Source of the DNA: Octopus bimaculoides
Lineage: Eukaryota
DNA: 33,000 bases
Reading direction: 5' to 3'
NCBI RefSeq assembly: GCF_001194135.2
Contig: NC_068997.1
Span: forward strand, 56,277,303 to 56,310,302
Below the pieces are notes generated by a model, which ran no database searches, had not been told where the DNA came from, and worked only from the letters and a program-made list of their open reading frames with translations. Both the position numbers and the translations under genes were made by a program. Positions 20,877-32,164 of the stretch are shown here, piece after piece. Numbering within the stretch: the stretch's first letter is position 1; each line of letters opens with the position of its first letter.

Positions 20877-23250
20877 GTCACTCATTTTTGTTATTTACTG
20901 AGTAGTGATTTTGCAGTGTTCACATGTGTGGGATGACACGTCTATTAGATGTGGATGCGACCAACCAGTGAACTGGAAAAACACTTAGCATCTGGAATCC
21001 CACCTTATCACAAACTACTGAATTATAAAAATATATTTAACTACTTGTGGCCCTTCCTCCCACTAATCCCTAAATTGTCTGAAACTGTTAAAGGGTCCGA
21101 GAAAATGCGTTGCTGTAACTATTCCAGTACGTACCATTTTGGGCACAATGTCTCTGAGAACACTACTGCCAAATTCTATCACCTCGGGGCAGCAGCCTTT
21201 CCTTTAGTTAATCCATGGTAACACGGAGAGGGTAGAGGTATGTGTAGGGACAGTTTTGCCAGGTTTCCTAAAAACCATCTTAACCAGGATACAAATACAT
21301 GTGCAGCTACATGGTGATCCTTGGTGAATGGAGGCCTTAGTCCTTGTAGTAGTAGTAGTAGTAGTAGTAGTAGTATACCCCCTGATCAGCCTCAAGCACC
21401 TTGCAAACACCATTGACATTTCTCTTCTTCCTCTTTTTCAGCCATCAGAATTAAAATAATCTCACTTAAAGAGATCAAAGTGTTTCCTTTGACGGAGAAG
21501 AGAAGGTCAATTACTTTGGTGCAATTGATAATACATCTGTCATGATTACATAAGAATGTGTAGTTTCAGTCCCTCTGGCAGTTTTCTCTATTTTTTCCTA
21601 TGCCAAGGGGTTTTAACTCAAACATATTACAAACTATTATTTATAGCCGAATTCACCTTTGAGATACAACATTAAATGACTTTTATAAAATAATTGTATA
21701 TCTTAGCTCCAAGTTGACCAAAGTCATCCCAAGAGTTTTCTACTAAATCTTTTCTCTCTCTCTCTCACTCTCTTCCCTTCTGTCTCTCCATCAACTAAAC
21801 ACAATTCACAATCACAATGCTACTTCTACGAATTCCTCTCTCTTTCACAACGTAACCAATGTCTGCTACTTCCGATTCCCAGCTCTCTCTTCCCCCTCCA
21901 CTTCCCTTTGTATATCAATTAATAACTTTCTCTAGCAACACAAAACACACAAATAAATAAATAAAAAATGCTTTACAATCTTTCAATGAAAAATGGTATT
22001 GAAAATTTAAGAGCAGAATAATATTTCCTCTATGGAAATAAGCAGAAGTGTCATAATATTTTGGACGGAAAGAAGAAGGAACTCAGTAAATGGCCACTCT
22101 GAAAACAGAGATAATTTCTCATAGCTTTTATGGAAGTGGAAAAGAAAATAAAATTATGAAGAAGCTAAATATTTTGAACTGTTATTCATCGATGTATATC
22201 ATGAAAGATTGAATTATTTTTGTTCTGGCCTCATCAAACTATTTTAAAGGCTTTTGTAAGATATTTAATACAAATATATCATTATAAAAATGATTTACGG
22301 TTTCTTAAGAATTTACTGGCATTTATAAGCTAAGCCATTCTCATGACACTTCAGCCTGTTCATTTTAAACAAGGTGCAAAATGTCTTTCCCCTTTGAGAA
22401 AAGAAGACTATACACTTATTTGATGATAGTGAAGCAGCAAGGATAATTATGCTTTACCATTCAACAGTCTTCAGAATAATTCCATTGCAGCTTTCTAAGC
22501 CATTCAGTCATGAGACCATTTAGGAAATATTCTGGTTCTGTTGAATTATTTCTCCAGAAAGCATTGTTGTTTCCAGTCACTTATTTACCAAAAACTCTTT
22601 CAAGTGATATTAATTTTCCTTTGGAAGTTGCTATGAAAAGAATCACTTTAAAATGTTGATTGTGAGGAATTACAACTCTAACCTGGTTCCGTCACGATAA
22701 TGATTTCAAAACTAGATGCAGCCATTTTTCAAGGAATTCTTTGAGTTAAATTGTTTTCTTCATTAACTGGTATGGTATCAGTGATCAACATGTTTCTCCG
22801 GTCAAGGATCATAGTAATGTTTGGCTAATATTATTTCAACTTTGCTTTTATTTGTTGACATTTTACCATTTTCTATAAATGCAGCAGTGCTGGCGTTACA
22901 GCCGCCACCATGAATGTTTCTGGTATACTTTGATTTCTCTGTGAGATTTGATAGAAAACTGTTGTTAGTGAAGTGTGTTTCTGTGATATCACTGACCTAT
23001 GATATAGGCGAGGCCAACTTAATGCTTTGCTGGCATCTTTCAAACACACCAAAGTAGAACTAACACAGGAACCAATTAAGTGGTTCCATGAAATGCTAGT
23101 CACAACAGCCAACTATCCCTTAAAGTGGGGCACATTGGCTAAAGTAGTCTCAGCTTTGCAAAGGGCCATGCCCTTACTCAGCTTGATTTAACTGGGTTGT
23201 AGTGAAAAGAGAAGAAAAGTTAGCCAAAACATTATCTCAAGGAATCAAGC

Positions 23251-23303
23251 TGGATGGTCACAGCTGGAATACTGCTGATTGGGATATGAGTAAACAACAA
23301 CAA
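23251..23303 (+). repeat. Short (AAC)n-tailed retro-tail, family D copy 3
   Basis: GGATGGTCACAGCTGGAAT..TGAT..GAGTAAACAACAACAA. Confidence 0.55.
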
Positions 23304-23879
23304 TAGCAATAAGATAGAAATGATCTGTTATTTGGTAAACTGTTGCAAGGTGCCAATGTCATGTTTCATCAGAGAAAGAGAGAAGCTAATTCAAATGGAG
23401 CAGTAGATGTTGTAGTAGCAGTAGAGAAGGCAGATGGAGGAGGCAGCACATCAGTGAAACGGAGAGGGTAGTCTGTTGATGATGTCCTTTTCTTTTTCTG
23501 TGAACTTCAATATTTGTTCATGAAGCAGTAGTAGCAGTAGAAGCAGCAGCACCACCACCACCTCCACTGCCACTGCCGCTGCCACCTCCTCCTCCTCCTC
23601 CACTATCACCTTCTCCACCACTACTTCCTAGCTGAGAGATCAATAATTTGATTGATTTCTGTAAAGGATCCTCCACTGATAAAAAGGGAAATATTTCCAG
23701 GTCTTGAAAAAGAAGAAGAAGAAGTCCAGTTTTGTTATGTTTGTGGAATCCCAAAGAAAGATCCTCAGATTTTGCTGTGATTTCAAATTTGAAATGGATG
23801 CTGTCCAAAATGAAGGAGGGCAACTTACAAAATATGAAAGAATCACCAATTAGTGATAATTAGGTTCTCTCATTTTTAA

Positions 23880-24200
23880 TGAATCTCTTGTTTCTTTGAT
23901 AGTCTTCGGTTATAGTTTTTGTGTCGTTTCTGCATCTCTTCCTCCTTTCATTCTTGTCATGTAATCTAATTCAAAAAATTAAATGAGTTTTCTTGACAGG
24001 TTAGGTACATTATTGAGTCCTTGTGAATGCCTAACGTAGTCTATTAAGGGTTGGAATGTTGCTGTGCGGTTAAAAACTGTTTTGAAATTTTTTAAGAACC
24101 TAAGGGCCATTAGTTCAGTAGAGGATTGGTGCATAATTATAAACCAAGTGAAACTTTGAGACTGAAATCAGGTTGACAAAAACTGTGGAAGCCCTTCAAA
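23880..24200 (-). mobile_element. Possible decayed LINE C-terminal remnant (I/Jockey-like)
   Basis: Minus frame reads YNYAPILY...KKFQNSF...NIPTLNRLR, a loose match to the post-RT Y.AP.W...LQ..QN...IPTL pattern. Confidence 0.25.
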
Positions 24201-24440
24201 TAGATTTTATCTGATATAAAATGATTTCTTCAACCACAAAGTCCAGAAGCTCTGAAAGCTTCATGGGTCCTCTCCTTTTTTTCTGTTGACCAATCCATAC
24301 AAATAATATTTTGTATTGTACCTCTGTATCGGTAGCAGTATCTCTATGACATTCTTTGATATATTTTATGGTATTTTGTATTGGTAACGATACCGATATG
24401 AAATACATTAGTATATTGTAAAATATCTGTATTTATATGC

Positions 24441-24616
24441 AAACAAACCAACATCAGCTGTCAAGCGATGATGGGGGTCAAACATATACATAGACACACA
24501 CACACACACATAAATGACAGGCCTCCCTCAGCTTCCATCCACTAAATCTACTCAGAAGGCTTTTGTTGGCCTGGGACTATAGTAGATGTCTGGTCAGAGT
24601 AGCTTGCAATGGGACT
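24441..24616 (-). mobile_element. SINE family A, partial
   Basis: AAACCAACATCAGCTGTCAAGCGATG.TGGGGG.CAAAC, (CA)n, CTAAATCTACTCA.AAGGCTTT.GTTGGCC.GGGACTATAGTAGA is the family A reverse complement. Confidence 0.75.
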
Positions 24617-25230
24617 ATTATCAATATTTTGTATTGCACCGTGTAATGGCTGAAATGTGTTGATTTGTTTAGTTATTGTCAAGAAATATACAAGAAACAG
24701 ACAACATTCAGTTTCTCCATAAACTCTAAATTTCTCTCTCTAAACTTCCTACAATCTTTTATATGGAAGCAGAGACTTGAAATATTACATCTCAGAACAA
24801 GTTTTCCACAGCAAGAAATCTACAGAAGTCTCCACTTTTCTCAATGAAACACCTTAACCTCACTCAACAAACTTCCTACAGTTTTTTAATATGGAAGCAC
24901 ATAAGTTCAGTTTTACATCTTTGAGCAACAATGAATACAGGATTGCTAGAACTCCAAAAGCTGCTAAAATATTTGTTTTCTGCCAACAAATTTCATATCG
25001 TATGTCTGCTCAACCAATGAAGACTAGATACGACTATTGAAAACCTCACCACCATCACCACTACCGCCTACACTGCCATTGCCACCTCCACCGCTGTTAT
25101 CACAACCACCACCACAACAACAGACTAACCAGGATGGATGGAATTATTGGAGACCAAAGAAGTCAATTAAAACTGTCATTTACAGATTTCATATAGACAA
25201 ACTAAATAACCATGAGAATCCATGACAAAT

Positions 25231-25335
25231 TGTTGTTGTTGATGTTGTTGTTGCTATTGTTTAGCTCCTGGTCACCTCTCATTGACCACATCTATGATCA
25301 GAAGCATTCCAAATAAGCAATATACATCCTGTCAT
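25231..25335 (-). repeat. Short (AAC)n-tailed retro-tail, family D copy 4
   Basis: (GTT)n GTTTAGCTCCTGGTCA..ACATCTATGATCAGAAGCATTCCA..CATCCTGTC. Confidence 0.65.
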
Positions 25336-25531
25336 TTTTTTTCTTGTTTTATTGTCTATTTTGGATTATATTGTTGCATCTCTGTTCATTTAAGATTGTA
25401 GGACTTAATTCATGAAAGATTCGACTGTCATTTCTAGCATGTCCAACGTCCATGTACAGATTTCTTTCAGATTCATCAGAATATTCATTGAAGCTGCCAG
25501 TCTCTGTGTTTTGCATCTACATTTTAATATG

Positions 25532-25754
25532 AGGCGGCAAGTTGGCAGAATCGTTAGCATGCCAGGCGAAATGCTTAACTGTATTTCGTCTGCCGAAATA
25601 TGTTCTGAGTTCAAATTCCGCCAAGGTCGACTTTGTCTTTCATCCTTTTAGGGTTGATTAAATAAGTACCAGTTACGCACTAGTGTCGATGTAGTCGACT
25701 TAATCCCTTTGTTTCCTCTATGTTTAGGCCCCTGTGGGCAATAAAGAAAGAAAT
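25532..25754 (+). mobile_element. tRNA-derived SINE, family C (tail type 2)
   Basis: GGCGGCAAGTTGGCAGAATCGTTAGCATGCCAGGCGAAATGC, TTCTGAGTTCAAATTCCGCC, core as 20662 copy; tail TTAATCCCTTTG..GCCCCTGTGGGCAATAAAGAAA. Confidence 0.9.
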
Positions 25755-26019
25755 ATAAGTAGTTCCCTTTCATTAAAGTCAGCTAATATTAGTTTAAAGT
25801 AAAAAGTATATAACAAAATATATACACATAACTGCTTAGGGCTGTCAACCCATATTTCATTTATGGTGAACTGCTTAATAGCACAACCAGTCACCGAACG
25901 ATGACAGGAATATCATAAGATATGCAGCATCAACATCCAAACTTACAAGAATTCCTCATCAACTTCACTTTTGTAGACAGAAACAAGGAGTTGATGAACC
26001 ACAAAGCATTCTCACACAA

Positions 26020-26052
<33 letters not shown>

Positions 26053-26329
26053 TGCAAATGTGGAGAACGTTGAGAAGCATATGTCCAAATCAGTGGCAAG
26101 AAGACTACCAATGAAGAGGAGAGACCAAGAATACTGAAGAGGAAAGACCAAGATTATTTCTTGTACTCCTGAGAAGGAAGCGATCAAACCATTGCCAAAC
26201 TGATGACTTGGTTTAAATATTTCCAACAGACTGGATTCTATAAAAGGCATCCGAGTGGTTGGTGGGTGGGTATTAATGAATCAGTAAATGGATAAGTCTA
26301 CCACACTAAAAAGGGGAATGGTATCTCTC

Positions 26330-26508
26330 ACAGGTTCCAACAAAGTTTCTGCTAACCAAAGTTCCAATTTCAACACTTTGGTTGACTAAAAATCATAGAA
26401 GATGACCCTTGACCAAAGATACTGAACTATGGAATTGAAATCAAGTCCATATAGTACGAAAGTGGACATTTTCGTAACTACTCAGCCAAGACTCTTATCT
26501 AGCTTAGA
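26330..26508 (-). mobile_element. SINE family A, heavily degraded
   Basis: AAAGTTTCTGCTAACCAAA.TTCCA, TTTGGTTGAC, ATAGAAGA..ACC.TTGACCAAAG resemble the family A reverse complement. Confidence 0.45.
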
Positions 26509-27231
26509 AATCATCAATATTATAAGAAATTATTGTTATTATTATTATTATTATTAAAGGGAAAATCAGAGCAATGTGGATTTTATGTTATTAGATTTAT
26601 AAATTTACATTAGTAAATTATATAACTAAAATCAATCTGTGCCCTATAGCTTTATCTGTAAACAGAAAAAAAAAAAATGCATTTATCATATTAGATCATC
26701 TTTTAAATAATTTGTATTAAACTGATTAAAAATTAGATGCCAATTTTAAATCGCATGGTCATATTTTATCTGCATAGAAAATTCTTGGCAAAATATTGTC
26801 TGAAAGCTTTTCTTGGAATATTGGTAGTGCCAATTCCTATCATTACTTCAAGTCATTGTCTTTTGTCTTGAACCTCGAATTTGATAAATATTGGATTTAT
26901 CTGATTAGAACTAATTATGTTTGAAAAATAAACAAACATTTTTATTTATTTTTATATTTATGTGACAGGAAACAAAATTCAATTAGCTGCCTAATTAAAA
27001 AAGATTAAAAAAAAAACACGAGGAGAACAATAACATTTTGTAAGGGCAAAAATATTCTAAAATAAATTTATTTATTTTGTAATTAAATCCAACACATTCT
27101 GCTTTTCCAGACGAGACAATGTCCTTGCTGCATGTAGGTTAGCATGCTTGCTCAGTTGCAGTTATATCTCTGGTTCAATTTCTCTTCAAGACTTTGCAAT
27201 TTTCATAGTTTAGAATAATATTAATAATACT

Positions 27232-27438
27232 AAGCCTTTTTACTATAGGCACAAGGCCTGAAAATCTGGGGGATGGGGTAAGTTGATTATATTGACACCA
27301 GTGCTCAACTGGTTCAACCCCAAAAGAATAAAAGGCAAAACTGACTTCAGTGAAATTTGAACTCAGATTGAAAAGCTGAAAGAAGTATCACTAAGCCTTT
27401 TGTCAGGTGTGTAAACAGTTCTGCCAACTTACTGCCTT
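27232..27438 (-). mobile_element. tRNA-derived SINE, family C (tail type 1)
   Basis: TACTATAGGCACAAGGCCTGAAAATCTGGGGG..AAAAGGCAAAACTGACTTCAGTGAAATTTGAACTCAGA..TTCTGCCAACTT. Confidence 0.85.
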
Positions 27439-27439
27439 T

Positions 27440-27850
27440 GTAGTGGCGCGTGTGGTCGCAATCTTTGGAAGTGCCATTGCACATGTGCAAGGGACTTGCC
27501 GTCAGCAGAAGTACCCGGGCACGCATGCGCAAGGCAACAGGTGGAGAGAGAGAGAGAGCAATAGCATTCGATCTCTTCTCTCTCTAGCAGCGGTGGTGAC
27601 AACACGTATCTCTCAGCTCGATACTGACATGTGGTCGAAGCTTCCTTGGTATTCTAGCGGCATGCCTGTTCACCCAGGAACGAAACGGCTCTACACCAAC
27701 CTAGAATAAATTATTGATCTGTTGTTACCGTTATCCCTCGTGTTGTATTTCTGGATTTCAATGATTAATATAAGAACATGGGAGAGATGGCCGAGCCGTC
27801 ATATCTCATCCAATTCTTATACCTTCGTAATAGTCGAAATATTGATTTTA
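27440..27850. promoter_or_regulatory. CpG-rich island with NRF1-like and E-box palindromes (candidate regulatory element)
   Basis: About 20 CpGs counted by eye in about 410 bp of an otherwise CpG-poor window; CACGCATGCGCA (27520-31); TTGCACATGTGCAA perfect palindrome (27477-90); (GA)n tract. Confidence 0.35.
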
Positions 27851-27852
27851 TG

Positions 27853-28036
27853 TTTGGAGAAGGAGATAAGTCGTTTACATCAACCTCAGTACATAACTAG
27901 TACTTATTTCATTTACCCTGAAAGAATGAAGGGCAGAGTTGGCCTTGGCAGAATTTGAACTCATGATGTAAAGGCAGATGAACTGCCACCAGACATTTTG
28001 CCTAGCATGCTAATGATTCTGCCAGCCCACAACCTT
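27853..28036 (-). mobile_element. tRNA-derived SINE, family C
   Basis: ATAAGTCGTTTACATCAACC.CAGTAC.TAACTAGTACTTATTT..GGCAGAATTTGAACTCA..GCATGCTAATGATTCTGCCAGC. Confidence 0.85.
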
Positions 28037-28072
28037 TGTAATAATAATAATGATAATAATAATATAATAATA

Positions 28073-28177
28073 GTTCCTGATGTACCCTTATCAGACAGGT
28101 AGTCATGATGGGTATAATGGGCTTTGTATATTTGTAACCCAGTGTCACTTTGATGGCATGCACTACTCTTTCACTCA
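28073..28177 (+). mobile_element. Short retro-tail inserted in a (TAA)n array (possible Dong/R4-type 3' UTR)
   Basis: 105-bp moderate-GC segment with (TAA)n-type arrays on both sides (28039-72, 28178-200). Confidence 0.4.
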
Positions 28178-28209
28178 ATAATTATGATAATAATAATAAC
28201 AACAATAGT

Positions 28210-28335
28210 GTTTTCTAACATAAAACAAGGTCATACATTTATTAAGAATTGTATCAACCCCAGTACATGACTGGTATGTTTTATTTTTCATCTTTGAAAG
28301 GATGAAATGTCTAAATCAACCTTGCTTGCATTTGA
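28210..28335 (-). mobile_element. SINE family C, partial and degraded
   Basis: GTATCAACCCCAGTACATGACTGGTA..TTTATT..CTTTGAAAGGATGAAA..AATCAACCTTG. Confidence 0.55.
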
Positions 28336-28451
28336 TCATATTTCAGAAAAGACATGTAACAAATGGTACAAGACATTTTGTTTGATGCTCTACCAGTTTT
28401 GCCAATCCACCACCACCACCATAACAACAATGACAACAGCAATAACAATGA

Positions 28452-28700
28452 TTTATTATCCCGAGGGGCATAGATGAGGGGGACATCACAGGGAGAGTCT
28501 ATAAATTGTGGATTACAAAAATGTCGAAGGGAAAGAAGTGCAAAAGACAACGAAAGACGATAAAATTATAGACAGAATATGGTAAAACATGAATGAGATG
28601 CTGTTCTCCTGAAACAAGAGACATTCCAACAAGGGCCCAATCAAAGAATCTCACAGACACAGGATTACCTTGATCACCAAAAAGCATAGATATAAATATA
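28452..28700 (-). mobile_element. LINE-like 3' UTR ending in AATAAA plus a simple-repeat tail
   Basis: Minus strand ends TGATGTCCCCCTCATCTATGCCCCTCGGGATAATAAA, then (TTG/TGG)n; similar to the tail of the SINE at 25532. Confidence 0.4.
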
Positions 28701-29219
28701 TAACATGTACTGCTAATATGGGATGGAGAAAACATTTATAATGAGGTAAACCTCCATATTATTTCCTGAAATAAACATTGTTAAGTGATCACCTTTTAGC
28801 AAACTGTACATTTGTAGCTAATGCAGGAAATATGAAATGGTTAGAAACAGAGTAGAACTACATTAGAAAACAAACTAAAATATATTCCAATGCCATAATA
28901 CAACAAACCATCCATCCATCCAACCAGCCAGCAGCCAACCATTCCTTTCCAACAAAGTTATGGATCAATGGTACAATGCCAAATGTCTAACCTTGAAATG
29001 ATGAGTTTAAATAGACATTCCAAATACATGCTTTGCAAATGGAGGAATATTCTTGCAGACTGTTCCAGTATAAATGGTAGGAAGCAGTTTCTGTGACAGT
29101 GAATGACGAGTCTACAGGAATTAATAAATAACAGAACGGAAACTTATTAGTAACAGTTTGATTTATCCAGTCCATCTCTCACAGATTTTAACATTTGCCT
29201 ATTCAGTGGTCAGTCTTTA

Positions 29220-29312
29220 GTTGTTGTTGTTGTTATTGTTTAACACCTGGTCAGATCTTGTTGAGCATATATCTATGATCAAAGAATTTCTCATATTGAC
29301 CAGCCTGTCTCT
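29220..29312 (-). repeat. Short (AAC)n-tailed retro-tail, family D copy 5
   Basis: (GTT)n GTTTAACACCTGGTCAG..GAGCA.ATATCTATGATCAAAGAATTTC..TGACCAGCCTGTC. Confidence 0.65.
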
Positions 29313-29347
29313 TGTCTTTGGATGCATATTTATGCATGTGTTTATAA

Positions 29348-29536
29348 TCATTCTCTTCATCCTTTAACTCTCATGTTCCATGCTGGCATGGGTTGGATGG
29401 TTTGACAGGATCCAGTGGACCCAAGGAACATGTTGTGTTCCAGTGTCTGCCTTGGCATGGTTTCTATGGCTGGACGTCCTTCTTCATGCAAACTACTTTA
29501 CAGCATGTACTGGGTGCATTTCTGTGTCACTTGCAC
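29348..29536 (-). mobile_element. SINE family B
   Basis: CCTTTAAC..TTCCATGCTGGCATGGGTTGGATGG..TGGCATGGTTTCTATGGCTGGACGTCCTTC..TACTGGGTGCATTT. Confidence 0.8.
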
Positions 29537-30812
29537 AAGGTTGCTGTGTAGTAGTATATGTGTGACTGTGTGCATGTATTTGTGTAACTGATGGAGTGCC
29601 ACAATGTAATATATATAGAGAGATGTTCTTAAATATACATATATGTTTGTACACATATATTTATACATATATGTGCACATGTGTGTATACATATATATAT
29701 ATATGAGACGAGAGAGAGTAGGAGACAGAAAGTTTTAGATTGATTGTTGCTTGTCTATTTAAAGTGACTTTAGCATACGTACAGTATGTGTCCCAAGTGA
29801 ACAGAGAAACATAAAACAACAAACACGAGAAGCCAATGGCTGTACATTACCCCTAGCCCCACCCCTCACTGCCATACATCCAATATCTGGCAAGGAATGT
29901 TATTCTATGGACTATATTGTTGTTGTTGTGTGGTGGTTGTTTATGGTAAATGTGGAAGGAAAAAAAAAAGCCCAAGCACAATCTATCAATTGCTTCCAGC
30001 GGAGATATTTGACAGACGTTTCAATATAGGTCTAATTTTATTTTGGTTTCTATGTTAGCATCTTCCTCGCTCACCTCTAACTCCTTCTCTTCATCATCAT
30101 CACTGTCATATCGTCATTGTTGTCATTATTACTGTTATTATTGTCATCACCATCATCAACATTGTCATCATTAACATCATAGTAATCATCATAATAAACT
30201 TTTTTCGTTTCTTTTTTTTCCTAACCTTTCTAATGTATTTCATTATAATTTGCTGAAGTTGTCAAGGATAAGCATTAACCTGCTTTCTTATAATGTCTGC
30301 AATGATTGGTGAGAGAGAAAGAGGAGAAAGGGAGAAAGAGAGGGGAGAAGAGGTAAAGGAAAAAGAGAAGGGGTGTGTGTGAGGAAGGTAGAATAAGCAT
30401 AGAAAGAATAGGCAAAGAAAGTGAGAGAGAGAGAGAGAAGGACAGGAATTTGTGAAAGAGGATTGTGTGTGTGTGAGGGAATGAGAGAAAACGAGGGGGG
30501 GGGGTTATTTGAAAGAGCAATAAGAAGAATTTGATTTGAGTGAAAAAAATTGTTAAGAGAAATGATAAATGGATTCTTTCTTGATGGAGAAAAAAAACAA
30601 AAAGAAAAAACATGGTTTTGTGGTTCCACAATGAAGTAAAACGTCCGTGTGCTTCGGGTGTTGTTGCTGGGTCACCAGAATCACAATGGAAATGAGTTCA
30701 AATCAAAATAAAACTCAGAATGTCACTCACAGTTGAGCATGAGTTGTCAGCAGCAAGTCTCCTACTTCTGAATCTGTTTTGGATCCCTGGCCCTTGAAGT
30801 CCAAGTAGCAAG

Positions 30813-31475
30813 ATTACTAACTCCCACTTTGAAGGCTATACATTTGCGATCCAGGAGCAGGAAATATCAACCAAGTACTTGATGCAGAAAAGGGATAGAG
30901 ATGCAGGAAAAGCTGCAAAATGTGACAACTGATGCAGACTTTGTGGAGTTCAAACCGAAGATATTACCCACATCATAATTAGTTGTCCGAAAATATCATC
31001 GCAGTATTATCTACCGATGAGACATGATGCTGTAGCTAGGACATTCTGTAAAGAAATCCATTGGAAGGATAATCCCAAGGACAAAGAAATAAGAACTCAC
31101 AATATGGTAGAATCCATAGCCACTCATAATGAAAAGGAATACTGGTGGAATGTCCCAGTAAAGACCTCAAAATGTAAGCAAAACAGATCTAATATAATGA
31201 TTTGGGATAAAGAAGAGAAACTGTGTAGAGTTGTGGAAATCAGCTGCTCGTTGGATGCTAGCATAAAGCTGAAGATCAGTGAAAAAGAGGACACCTATGC
31301 TGAACTATTGAGAAATCTGAAGTTATTGTATCCATATTACAAGTTCACGTTTGTACCTGTAATTGTTGGTATGCTGGGATATGTAACTGCCTAAATACCA
31401 ATCTTGAGAAATTAGGCTTCTCAAAACCAGAAAGGAGAAAAACCTGTAGAACTTTCCAGAAGTTTATCATTTAAA
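30813..31475 (+). mobile_element. 3' part of an RLE-type (R2/R4/NeSL-group) LINE: CCHC zinc knuckle plus restriction-like endonuclease
   Basis: One frame from 30813: SHFEGYTFAIQEQEISTKYL...*CRLCGVQTEDITHIIISC (CX2CX8HX4C, 30933-86), RHDAVA, YWWNVPVK, NRSNIMIWD, VVEISC, EKEDTY, FVPVIVGMLGYV; then a frameshift to LNTNLEKLGF..TFQKFII*. Includes track ORF 31017-31394. Confidence 0.92.
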
Positions 31476-32164
31476 TATATATGAGCATGTCTAGATATGC
31501 ATGAGAACACACATATAAAACATACAAATCTGCACATACATGCATGCATGCATGCAAGCAAGCGAGCTGGTGCCATGAACATCAGGCATGCAAGTGTAGA
31601 GGACTGAATATAATCTCTGTTTGGGTGTTTTCTTCTACAACTATGCTGACTCCTCCAGCCAAAATCCATAACTGGTTTATTTTCCCAGACACAAATCAGT
31701 GAAACACTTCTTAGCATTATTAAGATTGGATTTTTAAAGATACACACAAAACCATATGGAATTTTGCTAACACAATCATGTCTGGAATTGATAAGAACAC
31801 CACCAATGAAACCAGTACTACACACACACACACACACACATACACACCTGGTTCTGGTTAAATGCATGTCTTTCATTAAAACACTTAGAGAATAACCTGG
31901 AATATGGAATTAACCAAATTGTGAAATCTCTGTATATTCTCAGTGAAGATATATTTACAAACCAATAACAAAACATGTTTTATTTGTATGTTTTAATTTT
32001 TTTCTCCTTCACTTGAAAAATGTCGATTTGATGAAGCAGGAAATAGTAACATTCATTTGTTTAATGCTTTTGAAAATAAACAAACATGAACTTGTTGATC
32101 TTCTGTATCTTCTCTCCGCATAACCATTTACTCAGAACAAGAATTTTAATAAATGAGGTCTTAC

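Noticed and set aside
23518-23823. ORF with a Gly/Ser/Ala-rich tail
   Set aside because: Low complexity derives from (GCA/CCA/CCT)n repeats; no splice or domain support.
25947-25967. 21-nt minus-strand candidate micro-exon (EVDEEF, GTAAGT donor)
   Set aside because: Poor AAAAG acceptor; chance expectation is high.
26200-26240. CTGATGA followed by a TTGG/CCAA stem
   Set aside because: No GAAA or cleavage triplet downstream.
29831-29885. CCAAT boxes plus GCCCCACCCC
   Set aside because: Short motifs with no CpG enrichment or downstream exon evidence.
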